Shown here: in pieces, positions 1 through 12,479 of the stretch | Layout of the letters: each line of letters begins with the position of its first letter | Numbering within the stretch: the stretch's first letter is position 1 | NCBI GenBank assembly: GCA_964016885.1 | Contig: OZ024740.1 | Coordinates: forward strand, 43,090,001 to 43,154,000 | Reading direction: 5' to 3' | Length of the DNA stretch: 64,000 nucleotides | DNA from: Eledone cirrhosa | Lineage: Eukaryota | Program-made: the position numbers and the translations under genes | Notes under the pieces: model-generated | Told to the model about the DNA's origin: nothing | What the model saw: only the letters and a program-made list of their open reading frames with translations | The model's database searches: none

Positions 1-332
1 GTGAGTTCAGTCGGCCCGGCGCACCGAAAACGATAAATGGAATAGAATGAAACGAAATTTCATTTCTCACTCTTAGTACGGCACTTACTTAAATGTAAGT
101 ATGTATGTATACGTACATACATATATGTATAGAGACGTACAGTAGCATGCATATATATATATATATATACATATATACATACAGGCACACATATATATAT
201 ATGTACGTATCAGTTTAGCGAACATTTATTATAATGTTCGCTTTGTTCGTTTGTAAACAAACGGACAGCCTGATTTATGTCGTACGGTGTTAATGCAATC
301 CCGTCACCTCTTTGTTCAACACTGATACAGGA

Positions 333-375
333 ACGATGTACTAGTTTCAAGCTTGTTAGCTATCGTCAGCACCGT
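333..375 (-). ncRNA. Minimal type I hammerhead ribozyme (family A)
   Basis: ACGGTG-CTGACGA-TAGCT aaca AGCTT-GAAA-CTAG-TA-CATCGT: stem I ACGGTG/CATCGT, palindromic stem/loop III ACTAGT, GUA site. Confidence 0.85.
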
Positions 376-634
376 ATACCCTTCTGACAGATGGTTGAAC
401 GTTCGAAAGTATATACTTTCCTTATGAAAATTAACGGCTGAGCAGCCTAATTTGCATATCGAGTGAGTTCAGTCGGCCAGGCGCACCGAAAACGATAAAT
501 GGAATAGAATGAAACGAAATTTCATTTCTCACTCTTAGTACGGCACTTACTTAAATGTAAGTATGTATGTATACGTACATACATATATGTATACAGACGT
601 ACAGTAGCATGAATATATATATATATATATATAG

Positions 635-667
<33 letters not shown>

Positions 668-675
668 ACATACAG

Positions 676-717
<42 letters not shown>

Positions 718-843
718 GTATCAGTTTAGCGAACATTTATTATAATGTTCGCTTTGTTCGTTTGTAAACAAACGGACAGCCTGATTTATGTCGTACGGTG
801 TTAAGGCAACCACGTCACCTTTTTGTTCAACACTGACACAGGA

Positions 844-886
844 ATGATGTACTAGTTTCAAGCTTGTTAGCTATCATCAGCACCGT
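844..886 (-). ncRNA. Minimal type I hammerhead ribozyme (family A)
   Basis: Same motif with a CTGATGA core. Confidence 0.85.
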
Positions 887-1305
887 ATACCCTTCTGCGA
901 GATGATTGAACGTTCGAAAGTATATACTTTCCTTATGAAAATTAACGGCTGAGCAGCCTAATTTGCATATCGAGTGAGTTCAGTCGGCCAGGCGCACCGA
1001 AAACGATAAATGGAATAGAATGAAACGAAATTTCATTTCTCACTCTTAGTACGGCACTTACTTAAATGTAAGTATGTATGTATACGTACATACATATATG
1101 TATACAGACGTACAGTAGCATGCATGCATATATATATATATACATATATACATACAGGCACACATATATATATATGTACGTATCAGTTTAGCGAACATTT
1201 ATTATAATGTTCGCTTTGTTCGTTTGTAAACAAAGGGACATCCTGATTTATGCCGTACGGTGTTAAGGCAACCACGTCACCTTTTTGTTCAACACTGACA
1301 CAGAA

Positions 1306-1348
1306 ACGATGTACTAGTTTTAAGTGTGTTAGCTATCGTCAGCACCGT
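1306..1348 (-). ncRNA. Degenerate hammerhead (family A)
   Basis: GAAA mutated to AAAA and stem II disrupted. Confidence 0.6.
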
Positions 1349-1817
1349 ATACCCTCCTGCCAGATGGTTGAACGTTCGAAAGTATATACTTTCCTCTTGA
1401 AAATTAACGGCTGGGCAGCCTAATTTGCATATCGAGTGAGTTCAGTCGGCCAGGCGCACCGAAAACGATAAATGGAATAGAATGAAACGAAATTTCATTT
1501 CTCACTCTTAGTACGGCACTTACTTAAATGTAAGTATGTATGTATACGTACATACATATATGTATACAGACGTACAGTAGCATGCATATATATATATATA
1601 CATATATACATACAGGCACACATATATATATGTACGTATCAGTTTAGCGAACATTTATTATAATGTTCGCTTTGTTTGTTTGTAAACAAACGGACAGCCT
1701 GTATATGTGCGCCTGGCCGACTGAACTCACTCGATATTCAAATTAGGCTGCTCAGGCGTTAATTTTCATAAGGAAAGTATATACTTTCGAACGTTCAACC
1801 ATCTGGCAGAAGGGTAT

Positions 1818-1860
1818 ACGGTGCTGACGATAGCTAACAAGCTTGAAAGTAGTTCATCGT
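1818..1860 (+). ncRNA. Degenerate hammerhead (family A)
   Basis: CTGACGA...GAAA present, but stem III reads GTAGTT instead of CTAGTA. Confidence 0.65.
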
Positions 1861-2015
1861 TCCTGTGTCAGTGTTGAACAAAAAGGTGACGTGGTTGCCT
1901 TAGCACTGTACGGCATAAATCAAGCTGTCCGTTTGTTTACAAACGAACAAAGCGAACATTATAATAAATGTTTGCTAAACTGATACGTACATATATATAT
2001 ATGTGCCTGTATGTG

Positions 2016-2139
<124 letters not shown>

Positions 2140-2291
2140 TGCTACTGTACGTCTGTATACATATACGTATGTACGTATACATACATACTTACATTTAAGT
2201 AAGTGCCGTACTAAGAGTGAGAAATGAAATTTCGTCTCATTCTATTCCATTTATCGATTACGGTGCGCCTGGCCGACTGAACTCACTCGAT

Positions 2292-2299
2292 ATGCAAAT
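2292..2299 (+). promoter_or_regulatory. POU octamer ATGCAAAT, 80 nt upstream of the HHR core (also 450-457, 961-968, 1423-1430, 5014-5021 on the minus strand)
   Basis: Exact octamer at a fixed position in family A units. Function is inferred. Confidence 0.45.
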
Positions 2300-2373
2300 T
2301 AGGCTGCTCAGCCGTTAATTTTCATAAGGAAAGTATATACTTTCGAACGTTCAACCATCTGGCAGAAGGGTAT

Positions 2374-2416
2374 ACGGTGCTGACGATAGCTAACAAGCTT
2401 GAAACTAGTACATCGT
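2374..2416 (+). ncRNA. Minimal type I hammerhead ribozyme (family A)
   Basis: ACGGTG CTGACGA TAGCTAACAAGCTT GAAA CTAG TA CATCGT. Confidence 0.85.
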
Positions 2417-2565
2417 TCCTGTGTCAGTGTTGAACAAAAAGGTCACGTGGTTGCCTTAACACCGTACGGCATAAACCAGGCTGTCCGTATGTTTACAAAC
2501 GAACAAAGCGAACATTATAATAAATGTTCGCTAAACTGATACGTACATATATATATGTGTGCCTG

Positions 2566-2631
<66 letters not shown>

Positions 2632-2748
2632 TGCTACTGTACGTCTGTATACATATACACTTACATACATACTTACATTTAAGTAAGTGCCGTACTAAGA
2701 GTGAGAAATGAAATTTCGTTTCATTCTATTCCATTTATATATATATAT

Positions 2749-4393
2749 TCGGCAAATGTTGGTTGTTTACCGACACATCAGTATGCAGAATGGAGCACTC
2801 TACGAAGTACGCAGTTTCGTTTGGTTACTCCGGAGTAATGTAAAATAAAGTAATTAAGTCAAATATTTAAGATTTGGTTTCGTTTATTAAAGATATACTG
2901 CTATATATGCTTCGGTGACACCCATCATTGACTGTGACCTCTTCGGCGGTGGAAGCAGCCTGATAAACCTCAGGACTGACTTCTTCGGGACATGTAGACC
3001 TCAGGGCCGGGACCTTCCTCAAGCTATATGAACAATATCAACACTTTGGGATGGGAACTTCCCTCAAGCTATAGGGACTTCCCCGGGACATGTAGACACC
3101 ACAGGGGCGGGACCTTCCTCTAGCTATATGGGAAACGACAACGCATTGGGAAGGGAACTTCCCTCAAGCTATAGGGACAGTAGCCCCTCCACACCGAGCC
3201 CACGGTAAACCACCCCCTACACTTTCGTCACCACTACCCCTGCCTCGTTTGACTCCTATGGCAGCACAGACTTATTTAAGATCGTACATGCACTGATACT
3301 TACATATGTGTGTGTGTATGTGTGTGTGTGTGTGTGTGTATGTCTGTGTGTGCGTGTGTGTGCGAGTATATATATCATATATATATATGGGTGTGTGTGT
3401 GTGTTTGTATAATCTGTGTGTGTGTGTGTGAATATGGGATGCACCTGTGCCTGTGTTGGTGCGTGTGTGTTGACATACACACATATGTACTCTATGCCGA
3501 ATTAAAAACTGTAGTCCTCTGCATTTCCGGATTTTGACACTCAGGTCATGGTGTTTTACACTCCAATCTTGCCTCATTTGCTCTTAAAACGCACCACCTC
3601 CGGTGTAAAGATCGTAATCCTTTGCATTTCCCGATTCTGACACATAGCCTTTATACTTCAGTCAATATTTTCCAAATCTTTCAAACTTTAATATTGGCTA
3701 TAACACACACGCATTTAATTCTATTTTATTCATTTATTTATTTATTTTTTTACTTCTTAATTTTCTTTTTTTTTACTTCTTCCTTTTATTGTATCGTATC
3801 TTATTATTTTATTATTTATTTTATCCTATTTTTTTATATTTAATTTTTTCATTTTACCTTATCTTATTCCATTATCTGTTTGACCCCCCCCCCCCACTAC
3901 GTGAAAGTGTGGTAGGATTGATGCAAACCCACACACACTCATTCTTCTAAAGACAGCAGCAATAGAACTAAGGCTGACTTGCCAGCTGACCCCCTAACAC
4001 CAATAAACACAAGGGAGGAGGTCAGCTGTACTTAACAAAAACACCCACAACAGATTGTCTTGCTTTAGAAAAAAATTTCTATAGACTTCTGACTGAGGAA
4101 TGTTCTCACAACTGACCAATGGGAGGAGAGAGTGTCCTATGATGTCAAAATTCGTTTGTTCGAATTCATGATTCCAGTTCCTCAGAGAAATAACAACCCA
4201 ACCAGGAGCTGCAGTTATCGGAGTATTGACGGAGTAAAACACTTTAACAACATGTGTACCTGTCTCTACCACACCAATTCGAACTGCCTGAAGAGGTCAC
4301 AGCTAATGATGGCTGTCATCGAAATATATATAGCAGTGCATCTTTAATAAACGAAGCCAAATCTTAAATATTTGACTTAATTACTTTATTTTA
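2749..4393. mobile_element. Non-coding PLE remnant bounded by inverted pLTR ends (2840-2950 vs 4283-4393)
   Basis: ~110 bp inverted repeat containing an HHR, flanked by (TA)n. Internal ~100 bp duplication at 2985-3178. Confidence 0.6.
4283..4337 (+). ncRNA. Type I hammerhead ribozyme
   Basis: ACTGC-CTGAAGA-GGTCACAGC..GCTGTCATC-GAAA-TATATA-TA-GCAGT. Related copies at 2896-2950(-) and 53414-53469(-). Confidence 0.8.
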
Positions 4394-4732
4394 TATATAT
4401 ATATATATGTAGATAAATCTACCAAAATATACGGTAGGGTCCAATCCTTATGAAGAACTCAATGTAATCCAAATATCATGAAAAGAGAAGATGCATTCAA
4501 AAATTTTCGATAAAAATCATAGGAAAACAGAGTCAAGATAAATTAATAAAAACAATGAAATAAAAACAAAGAACAAGTTCCTTATATTAAAAAATTCATC
4601 ATTTTACGATCGTTTCTAGGATGTATATGTGTGTTGGTATGTATATCATATAGATCTATGTAAAAATATTACAAATTATCAGGGGAAATGTACATACCTT
4701 CACATCAAGCCGTCCTCAGAATATATATATAT

Positions 4733-5345
4733 AAGTATGTATACGTACATACATATATGTGTACAGATGCACAGTAGTATGTATATATATATACATACAT
4801 GCACACATACATAGATGTACGTATGGGTTTATCGAACATTTATTATAATGTTCGGTTTGTTTGTAAACAAACAGCCCGTATTACGCCGTACAGGGCTCAG
4901 CAACCATCGTCGCCCTTTTGTTCAACACTGACACAGCACCGTATACCTTTCTGTCAGAAAGTACGTCTGAAAGTATATACTTTCCTTATGCACATTAACG
5001 GCTGAGCAGCCTAATTTGCATATCGAGTGAGTTAGTCGGCCGGGCATACCGAAAACGATAAATGGAAAAGAATGAAGCAAAATTTCATTTCTCACTCTTA
5101 GTACGGCTGATACCTAAATACAAGTATGTATATGTACATACATATATGTGTACAGACGCACAGTAGTATGTATATATACACATACATGCACACATACATA
5201 TATGTACGTATGGGTTTACCAATCATTTATTATAATGTTCGGTTTGTTTGAAACTAGTACAACGTCCCTGTGTCAGTGCTGAACAAAAGGGCGACGATGG
5301 TTGTCGAGCACTGTACGGTGTAATTCGGGCTGTTTCTTTACAAAT
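4733..5345. repeat. Diverged family A retrozyme copy (HHR deleted in first unit) with an inverted end
   Basis: Colinear with the 1-1700 unit. 39-nt deletion after 4936. Inversion from ~5250. Confidence 0.75.
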
Positions 5346-5642
5346 GCAAATATCAACAGCAAAAGCAGAAATCTAATTTACTGCATTAAATGCCTGAATT
5401 GTGAAGAACTATATGTCGGTTAAACTGGAAAAGCACTATCGAAACGTGCACGGGTGCACCGACAACAAATCAGAGACCCAAATGTCCGTCAGATACCCCT
5501 GAGTAACCATCTAGCAACATGTAGTCAGAAAATATATATAATATTCCCATTCTACAAGTTACACAGCCCAATTAAAATCAAGAGAAAAATCAAAGAAAAG
5601 AATGTTATTGATAAATTTCAACCCAAGCCAAATGAACAATAA
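5345..5642 (+). pseudogene. PLE GIY-YIG endonuclease fragment
   Basis: SKSRNLIYCIKCLNCEELYVG*TG..RARVHRQQIRDP..IPLSNHL..FPFYK..IDKFQP, homologous to the 8509 and 28771 ORFs. Confidence 0.8.
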
Positions 5643-5781
5643 TAATGGGCTTTTACTCCTACTATGACTATGACTATGACCATGTCGACTACCACCACTA
5701 ACAACAACAATAATAATGATAATAAAAGTGATGTTGATGGTGATGATTACTAGAAAATGCTATATATATATATTTATATAT

Positions 5782-5943
5782 ATTGAAAAGATAACAAGGA
5801 CGATTGGTTACTCCTTACCAATCGTCCTTGTTATGTTTTTAATATAATACACTCTGTATAGCTCTACACCGCGACACAGGTGTGAACCTACACGTCGAGT
5901 GCTCACCCGGGTGAACCTACAGTAACTCTAAGTTACACTCTCT
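5782..5943. repeat. Short fold-back (hairpin 5782-5849 plus tail) between (TA)n tracts
   Basis: ATAACAAGGACGATTGGT / ACCAATCGTCCTTGTTAT inverted arms. Confidence 0.6.
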
Positions 5944-6003
5944 AGATATATTTATATATATATATATATACATACATATATATATATACAATTTCTGGTT
6001 ACT

Positions 6004-6034
<31 letters not shown>

Positions 6035-6041
<7 letters not shown>

Positions 6042-6268
6042 CTGAGGTTTTTTTTACAAAATGAAAAATAACCCAGGTGTCCTACACGAGTGAAAGTATA
6101 AAGAAAAAGAGATGAAATCGAAAATGCAACTGGAGTCTTATTTTTTTTTTTTAAATATAAAAATTTATTTCGTTCCTACTGCGAAACCGGTAAAGGAACC
6201 AAATAAATATATATATTTTTAAAAAAGAATAAGACTCCAGTTGCATTTTCATTTCATCTCTTTTTCTA
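6035..6268. mobile_element. Fold-back of the pLTR end of the 27530-30393 PLE family
   Basis: Inverted arms GAGATGAAATCGAAAATGCAACTGGAGTC. Contains GCGAAACCGGTAAAGGAACC, as at 30253. Confidence 0.7.
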
Positions 6269-6283
6269 TATATATATATTTTA

Positions 6284-6413
<130 letters not shown>

Positions 6414-6421
6414 TTATTAAT

Positions 6422-6987
6422 ATAACAGATTAAAGTTTAAGCAAAGAATCGCTGCTTTTACAGATTGACTTTGTTAGTTTCAGAAGATCCCGTTAAGGGT
6501 GAAAGCAGCGATTCTTTGCTTAAACTTTAATCTGTTATTTTAATAAATATTTGCTCTACGGTTCTTATATATTTGATATATATTTATCCTTATCGAGCCC
6601 TCTTTGGATTTTAGTCTTCAAATTTATTATTATTACTATTTGGCTCCCTCGGTGGAGCACTCTACTGACTTATATTCATCATGCAAAAACAACATCTGAA
6701 TATTTCTACAAAGAACATACCCGTACCAAGCAGGAAAACATACCTAAAACTCCTGACCGTCTTCCTGTCTTCCTCCGGTTGCAACGTTTTTTGAAATATC
6801 CACTTCTGCGTTTACAGATTGACTTTGTTAGTTTCAGAAGATCCCGTTAAGGGTGAAAGCAGCGATTCTTTGCTTAAACTTTAATCTGTTATTTTAATAA
6901 TTATTTACTCTACGGTTCTTATATATTTGATATATATTTATCCTTATCGAGCCCTCTTTGGATTTTAGTCTTCAAATTTATTATTAT

Positions 6988-6990
<3 letters not shown>
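6422..6990 (+). mobile_element. Internally deleted Naiad-type PLE: pLTR - first ~26 codons - pLTR
   Basis: Direct repeat 6459-6640 / 6813-6990. ATG at 6681 gives MQKQHLNISTKNIPVPSRKTYLKLL, matching PLE N-termini (SSLKDIPLP, TSTKDIPIP). Short inverted piece at 6422-6458. Confidence 0.7.
6476..6526 (+). ncRNA. Hammerhead-like motif with CAGAAGA core (also 6830-6880 and 55597-55647)
   Basis: AGTTT-CAGAAGA-TCCC gttaa GGGT-GAAA-GCA..TGC-TT-AAACT. Confidence 0.6.
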
Positions 6991-7030
<40 letters not shown>

Positions 7031-7032
<2 letters not shown>

Positions 7033-7303
7033 TATGTATACGTACATACATATATGTATACAGACGTACAGTAGTATGTATATATATATACACACATGCA
7101 CACATATATATTGGTACGTATAGATTCACCGAACATTTATTAGAATGCTCGGTGTGTTTGTAAACAAACATCCCGAATTAAGCCGTACAGTGTCTAGCAA
7201 CCATCGTTGCTCATTTATTCAACACTGACAAAGGAACGCTGTACTAAGAGTGTACTAAGAGTGTACTAAGAGTGAGAAATGAAATTTCCTTTCATTTTTT
7301 CCG
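7031..7303 (-). repeat. Family A retrozyme fragment
   Basis: Homologous to the 1-1700 unit; includes GTACTAAGAGT x3. Confidence 0.65.
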
Positions 7304-7326
7304 TGTATATATATATATATATATAT

Positions 7327-7790
7327 AGTATAAAAGAGAAAACACAGGTAAGCATTAAGAGAAAGCACAGGTAAGCATTAAGAGAAGGATTTTATCCAGG
7401 TATTTACGACCGTTTCATTGGTAAGTGCAACCTTATATTGCTATACTGCAAATAGCAGCCACTCAATTATACTTGTTATTCACCTCCCTATATTCAAAAT
7501 AGCGACTATTTTGAAAATTTGGACGTGAACAACAATTATAATTGAGTGGCTGCTATTTTCAGTATAGCAATTTAAGGTTGCACTTACCAATGAAACGGTC
7601 GTAAATACCTGGATAAAATCCTTCTCTTAATGCTTACCTGTGTTTTCGCTTTTATACTTTATACTCCAAGATTGAACGGAATTCTTACAAACTTGTGGAG
7701 TTACCCCTAACCGTACGTTGAAACCATCCATGAAACTGACTTTCTTAACCACGAACTGGATCACAATAAGCCATTTTCTGCTTCCCTAAC
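7327..7790. mobile_element. Fold-back pLTR palindrome (arms 7327-7500 / 7503-7658) with tail, inserted in (TA)n
   Basis: Long near-perfect inverted repeat. The right arm carries an HHR variant at 7507-7607. Confidence 0.75.
7507..7607 (+). ncRNA. Hammerhead variant, U3-A8 core, long stem II
   Basis: TATT-TTGAAAA-TTTGG..(~65 nt)..CCAAT-GAAA-CG GT CG-TA-AATA. Confidence 0.55.
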
Positions 7791-7824
7791 TATATATATA
7801 TATATGTAAAAAGTAAACAGAAAT

Positions 7825-7950
<126 letters not shown>

Positions 7951-8508
7951 TAAATGTATGTATATTTATTTATTTATTTATTAATTTATTCATTTAATAA
8001 TTGTCAATTACCAATTTCAGCATTTTATGCATTATCAAAGGAGGGAATTTGTATTGGTATAAAATGTAAGAGAGAAGATAAGGTGATGTTGAACATGTTA
8101 AGGAAATGGGAAAGAAAGAATAATATTATTTACAAACAAGGCTTCTGAAGTAAAAAAAAATAAAATAAATAAATAAGGGGTGAGGTGGAACATGATAATG
8201 GGAAAGAAAAAATAATATTATTTACAGGCATAGTTCTTGAGGAAAAGCAGTTCGAAAAGGGTTATCATGGCAGGGGCGCTTAGAAAAGTTGATCCATGAT
8301 GGAGGCAAATGGTAGTCGGGGTTGGATTTGTTTTCCCTTTTTAGAGAGTAAATATGCAGGGGGAGGTAATTGAGGGTGGTTGGGTAGGAGAAAGAGAGGA
8401 GAGGGGGTAATTCATTTATATAAGAAAAAGGATTAGGTAGGGTGTGAGGGAGGTAACACTTTAGAGAACGTAGGAATTTGGGGCTTTGGTTCGTTGTTCG
8501 TTCCAGTT

Positions 8509-9260
8509 TTAGTTTAGTCCGAAGTTTAGTACATTAAGTAGAGGTTGGAATTTGTCAATGAAGTACGTTTCCTTATTGGTACGATGGATGAAAGAAGCGT
8601 TTTCTATGAATTTGTAAATGGGGAAAATTTTAAAGTTTGGTTGTTGGTTAGGTGCACAATTGGCGATATGTTCACTAAATGCAATCTTACTGTATTCCTG
8701 TATTTTGATTTGTGATCTATGGACGGTCATACGTTGTCGGAGGCTGTTTTTTGTCTGTCCTATGTAGTGCTCTCGACAACCTGAGCAGGTCAAAACATAC
8801 ATTAGGTTTTCAGATGCACATGTAAAGTTGTATTTAACTGTAAAATGTTGTCCTTGTTTAAAGTGGAATGTTGAAACTTCTATTAGATTTATGCATATAC
8901 CACAGTTGGGCCATCCGCATTTTTTTACTGTAGGGTTTATTGTGAGGGTTGGTTGGATTTTGATTTGTGTGAGGATATTTCTTATGGATTTAGGTTGTCT
9001 TTTGCACTTTACGATGTGTGTTTGGAGGATTTTGTTCATGCTTGGGTCTCTTTTAGTAAAGGAGTATTCTGGAGGATGGTGTCGAATGCCTCATTGTTGA
9101 GGGGGTTGTGTGGAGATGTATGGTAGAATTTTCTGTTTCGGTTCATTCCTGAGTTTGGGGTGTTTGAGTTCCTGGGTGTTGAGCTTTAGGGCACGTTGGA
9201 ATCCATTGTTGATTAGGGTTGATGGATAGTTTCTGCTGATAAGTGTGTTCTTTAATTCTC
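8509..9260 (-). pseudogene. PLE C-terminal linker + GIY-YIG endonuclease
   Basis: KKCGWPNCGIC..FTCASENLMYVLTCSGC..YIGQT..LRQRMTVHR..KETYFIDKFQPLLN. Confidence 0.85.
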
Positions 9261-9896
9261 TACATGCCTGAATACAATAAATGTAATCTGAGTGTTTCGA
9301 ATATTAATAATAACATTCGATTCGTTTGCAGTTCTGTTCGCATGCCAACACAAGAGCAAGAATGAAGTGTTCATTCTACTGACATGGCTATAAAATTGAG
9401 GGGTGTTTGGATAATTGCAAACGAATCGAATGTTATTATTAATATTTGAAAAACTCAGATTACATTTATTGTATTCAGCCATGTAGAGCGAAATTTTCTT
9501 TTTCATTTGAATTTGGCAAAGTCGACCATTTATCGCTCGTATACAGGAAACTGACTGGCCAGTCTGCTGATATGCAAATCTGGCTGATCAGTGGATCTGC
9601 TAATATGCAGATCTGACTGATCAGGCAGTCTGCTAATATGCAAATCAGGCCGATCAGTCACTGTGTATTCTTGAAAATAGCATATATTTTCACTAGCTCT
9701 TAGAGTTTGGCAGGTGAACAGTGAGCTGTACTGATGAAGAGTCATACCCAGAAACAGTATTGTCTGCAGATTTGTTCGGATACCACCACAAGAGCAAGGA
9801 TGAAGTGTTCATTCTACTGACATGGCTATAAAATTGAGGCTTGTTTGCATAATGGAAGTCGAAACGAATGTTATTATTAATATTCGAAAAACTCAG

Positions 9897-9900
<4 letters not shown>
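9257..9900 (+). repeat. Retrozyme-like family B insertion (438-nt monomer 9327-9764 plus partial unit; short inverted 5' piece 9257-9330)
   Basis: Direct repeat 9327-9462 / 9765-9900. Three 33-bp octamer-bearing subrepeats. HHR present. Confidence 0.8.
9726..9769 (+). ncRNA. Type I hammerhead ribozyme (family B)
   Basis: CTGTA-CTGATGA-AGAGTCATACCCA-GAAA-CA gtat TG-TC-TGCAG, GUC site. Confidence 0.8.
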
Positions 9901-9977
<77 letters not shown>

Positions 9978-9978
9978 G

Positions 9979-10770
9979 TTGCCAGGAAGCAACCCTGCTT
10001 CACTCTCTTGATGAATGATCCGGATGGGTTCTAGTATGTCACAATTGAGTCTCATGCAACCACGCTGGTCTTCGTCCAGCTGGATAACTATGTTTAGCAA
10101 GCTTGTGTGTGCCGAGTCGTCCAATGTTCTTCAGCATACTTTTTCTACTCACTGTTTCTAATGCTTTAATCAGGCAACGTGCGTCATATCCACCACATAC
10201 ATCCATTTGTTTGGCTCACGGGACTTCTCTTGGAGCTGCCTGAGAGCAAACACCATGTATGTATGGATCCTGTTGGCGCTGAAGCTACACTGACTCATTG
10301 AGAGGTGTTCTTCAGCAATGGTGAGTACCAGTCTATTCAGTAGAATCCTTGCGAGGATTTTACCTGCAATGAAAACCAGTATAATACCCCGGTAATTTGA
10401 GCAGCCTGACTTTTCCAAATCTCAGCTGAAATTCCATCGACATTTGGTCAATGGATTGGGTGGTCTCTTCAATGCGACGCAACTCACCTAGTTCCGCTTT
10501 TACGGATTTTGTTGGAATTCAGAGAATTGCTGTTTCCTGGACAGTGTGGTTATCACCGAAGGGGGACTGGAAATGTCCTGAACAACGGCTGAGGAGCACC
10601 TGGCCGTTTACACTGTGGAAAGGATCCAGGACGTGATACATAGTGACGTACACCACCTTTAGGGGTACGCAGAAGCCCCTGATGCCTTTGTTGTCTGCAC
10701 ACATGTGAGTTCTCTCAGTGAAGCTGCTCCACCATTCGTTCTAGATTTCTCGAAGCTTGCGCTATTGGTT
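9979..10770 (-). mobile_element. RTE-clade LINE RT fragment (degenerate)
   Basis: CSNYRGI..IAGKILARILLNRL..SQCSF..MVFALRQLQEK; duplicate of 34221-35010. Confidence 0.8.
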
Positions 10771-11811
10771 TCTGCATATCTGGCAACTACATTCAAATAG
10801 TAAGCAACTCTCCTCTCTAGCCTAACTTCAACCCATACCTATCTTCAATGAAAACACAATTATATATACACGTTTACAAGCTTCGAATAAAAATCAAAGA
10901 GGTGGAAATCACTACTCCCTCAACTCACCTAATTTCTCGCCCGCTGATGTTCCGCACTGAACGTAATAACCCTTTTGCGTTCTTGAGTTTGTGATACCTG
11001 GCCTATACTGCGATATATAGCAAAATGCAGTGTAGTGTATACTCTAAGGTTTGTTCTGAGAAGCGTTAGAGTTAAGCAAGATAAAATTACATAAACATTG
11101 ATTATATTTTTTTGTTGTAATGCAATATTTCTCTGAACCACGGTTTCCTTTAATGTCACGCTGTCACATTGGGTTTGTAGTATTTGTTCCGGTTCGATGC
11201 ATTCTGAATTCAAACCCTAACGATACCAATTTTCATTCTTTCATGGTTGATAAAGTACCAGTCCTGTTCTGGGGTCAATTATTCTTATTCTATCCGACCT
11301 CTTTTCTCTCTTTCTCCCACCACCTTCTCTCTCCCATCTCTCCCTCTCTCTCCCTGTGTAGCATCTGTATATATCTGAAACTATTGTGCAGATCCTTCTC
11401 GCGAGGTTATAAGGAATTGCCATTTTGATATGGTGAGAGTTGCATGAGTTAACATGTTCAACATCACCGTATCTTCTCTCCTACATTTTATACCAATAGA
11501 AATTCCCCCCTGTGATAATTCATAAAATGCTGAAACAGGTAATTGACAATTATTAAATAAATAAATTAATAAATAAATCAATCAATGCTGTTGTTAATTA
11601 ATAAATAAATTATCTAATACCTTAACACTTCACACAAAGTAAAATATTTTGTTTTAAACATTTTCTAACCAAGAAAGAAGAGAAAAAAAAAATTTATTTT
11701 ACTAATAATCGTCTTTTTCTCCCTTTTTACATATGTATATTGCAGCTCGAGTGTTCCTTCTTCACATTTTATAATTATACACAGACACACACAGACACAC
11801 ACACACACACA

Positions 11812-11905
<94 letters not shown>

Positions 11906-12239
11906 AATAAAATACAGAGTTATTAACTCATATTGATACCCTGCAATTAAACAAGGTCAAAGTATAAATACTGAGCATTATATAGAAACAATTATATAGT
12001 AATATATGTATAAATAAAGACAGTAAATTTCGTGTCTAAAATTACGAGGGTAGAGAATGTCACAAATGTTTTAAATATTTAATCTTAAACATACAGTAGG
12101 ATATAATTTTATATTGACCGTATCAAAAACATTTCATCTCTCGGACAGATTAAAGATTCAATCTATTTCGCCCTGAAAATTGTGTTTTTAATAGATAATC
12201 TGTAGGCTATCATCAGCGATAGATTAGATCAAATGAAAC

Positions 12240-12312
<73 letters not shown>

Positions 12313-12347
12313 TATACATACATACATACATATATATATATACATAT

Positions 12348-12394
<47 letters not shown>

Positions 12395-12395
12395 T

Positions 12396-12479
<84 letters not shown>

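Larger units (their letters stand above)
7960..11775 (-). mobile_element. 5'-truncated PLE (Neptune-like) split by a ~2.1 kb block, with an inverted pLTR at 11430-11775
   Basis: IPYNLARRICTIVSD (11370-11420) continues into RELKNTLISRNYP (below 9260). 7960-8100 is the reverse complement of 11448-11580. Confidence 0.7.

Noticed and set aside
8005-8040. TTGATAA..GAAA hammerhead-like motif (also near 11512)
   Set aside because: No adjacent stem I pairing, so not called as a ribozyme
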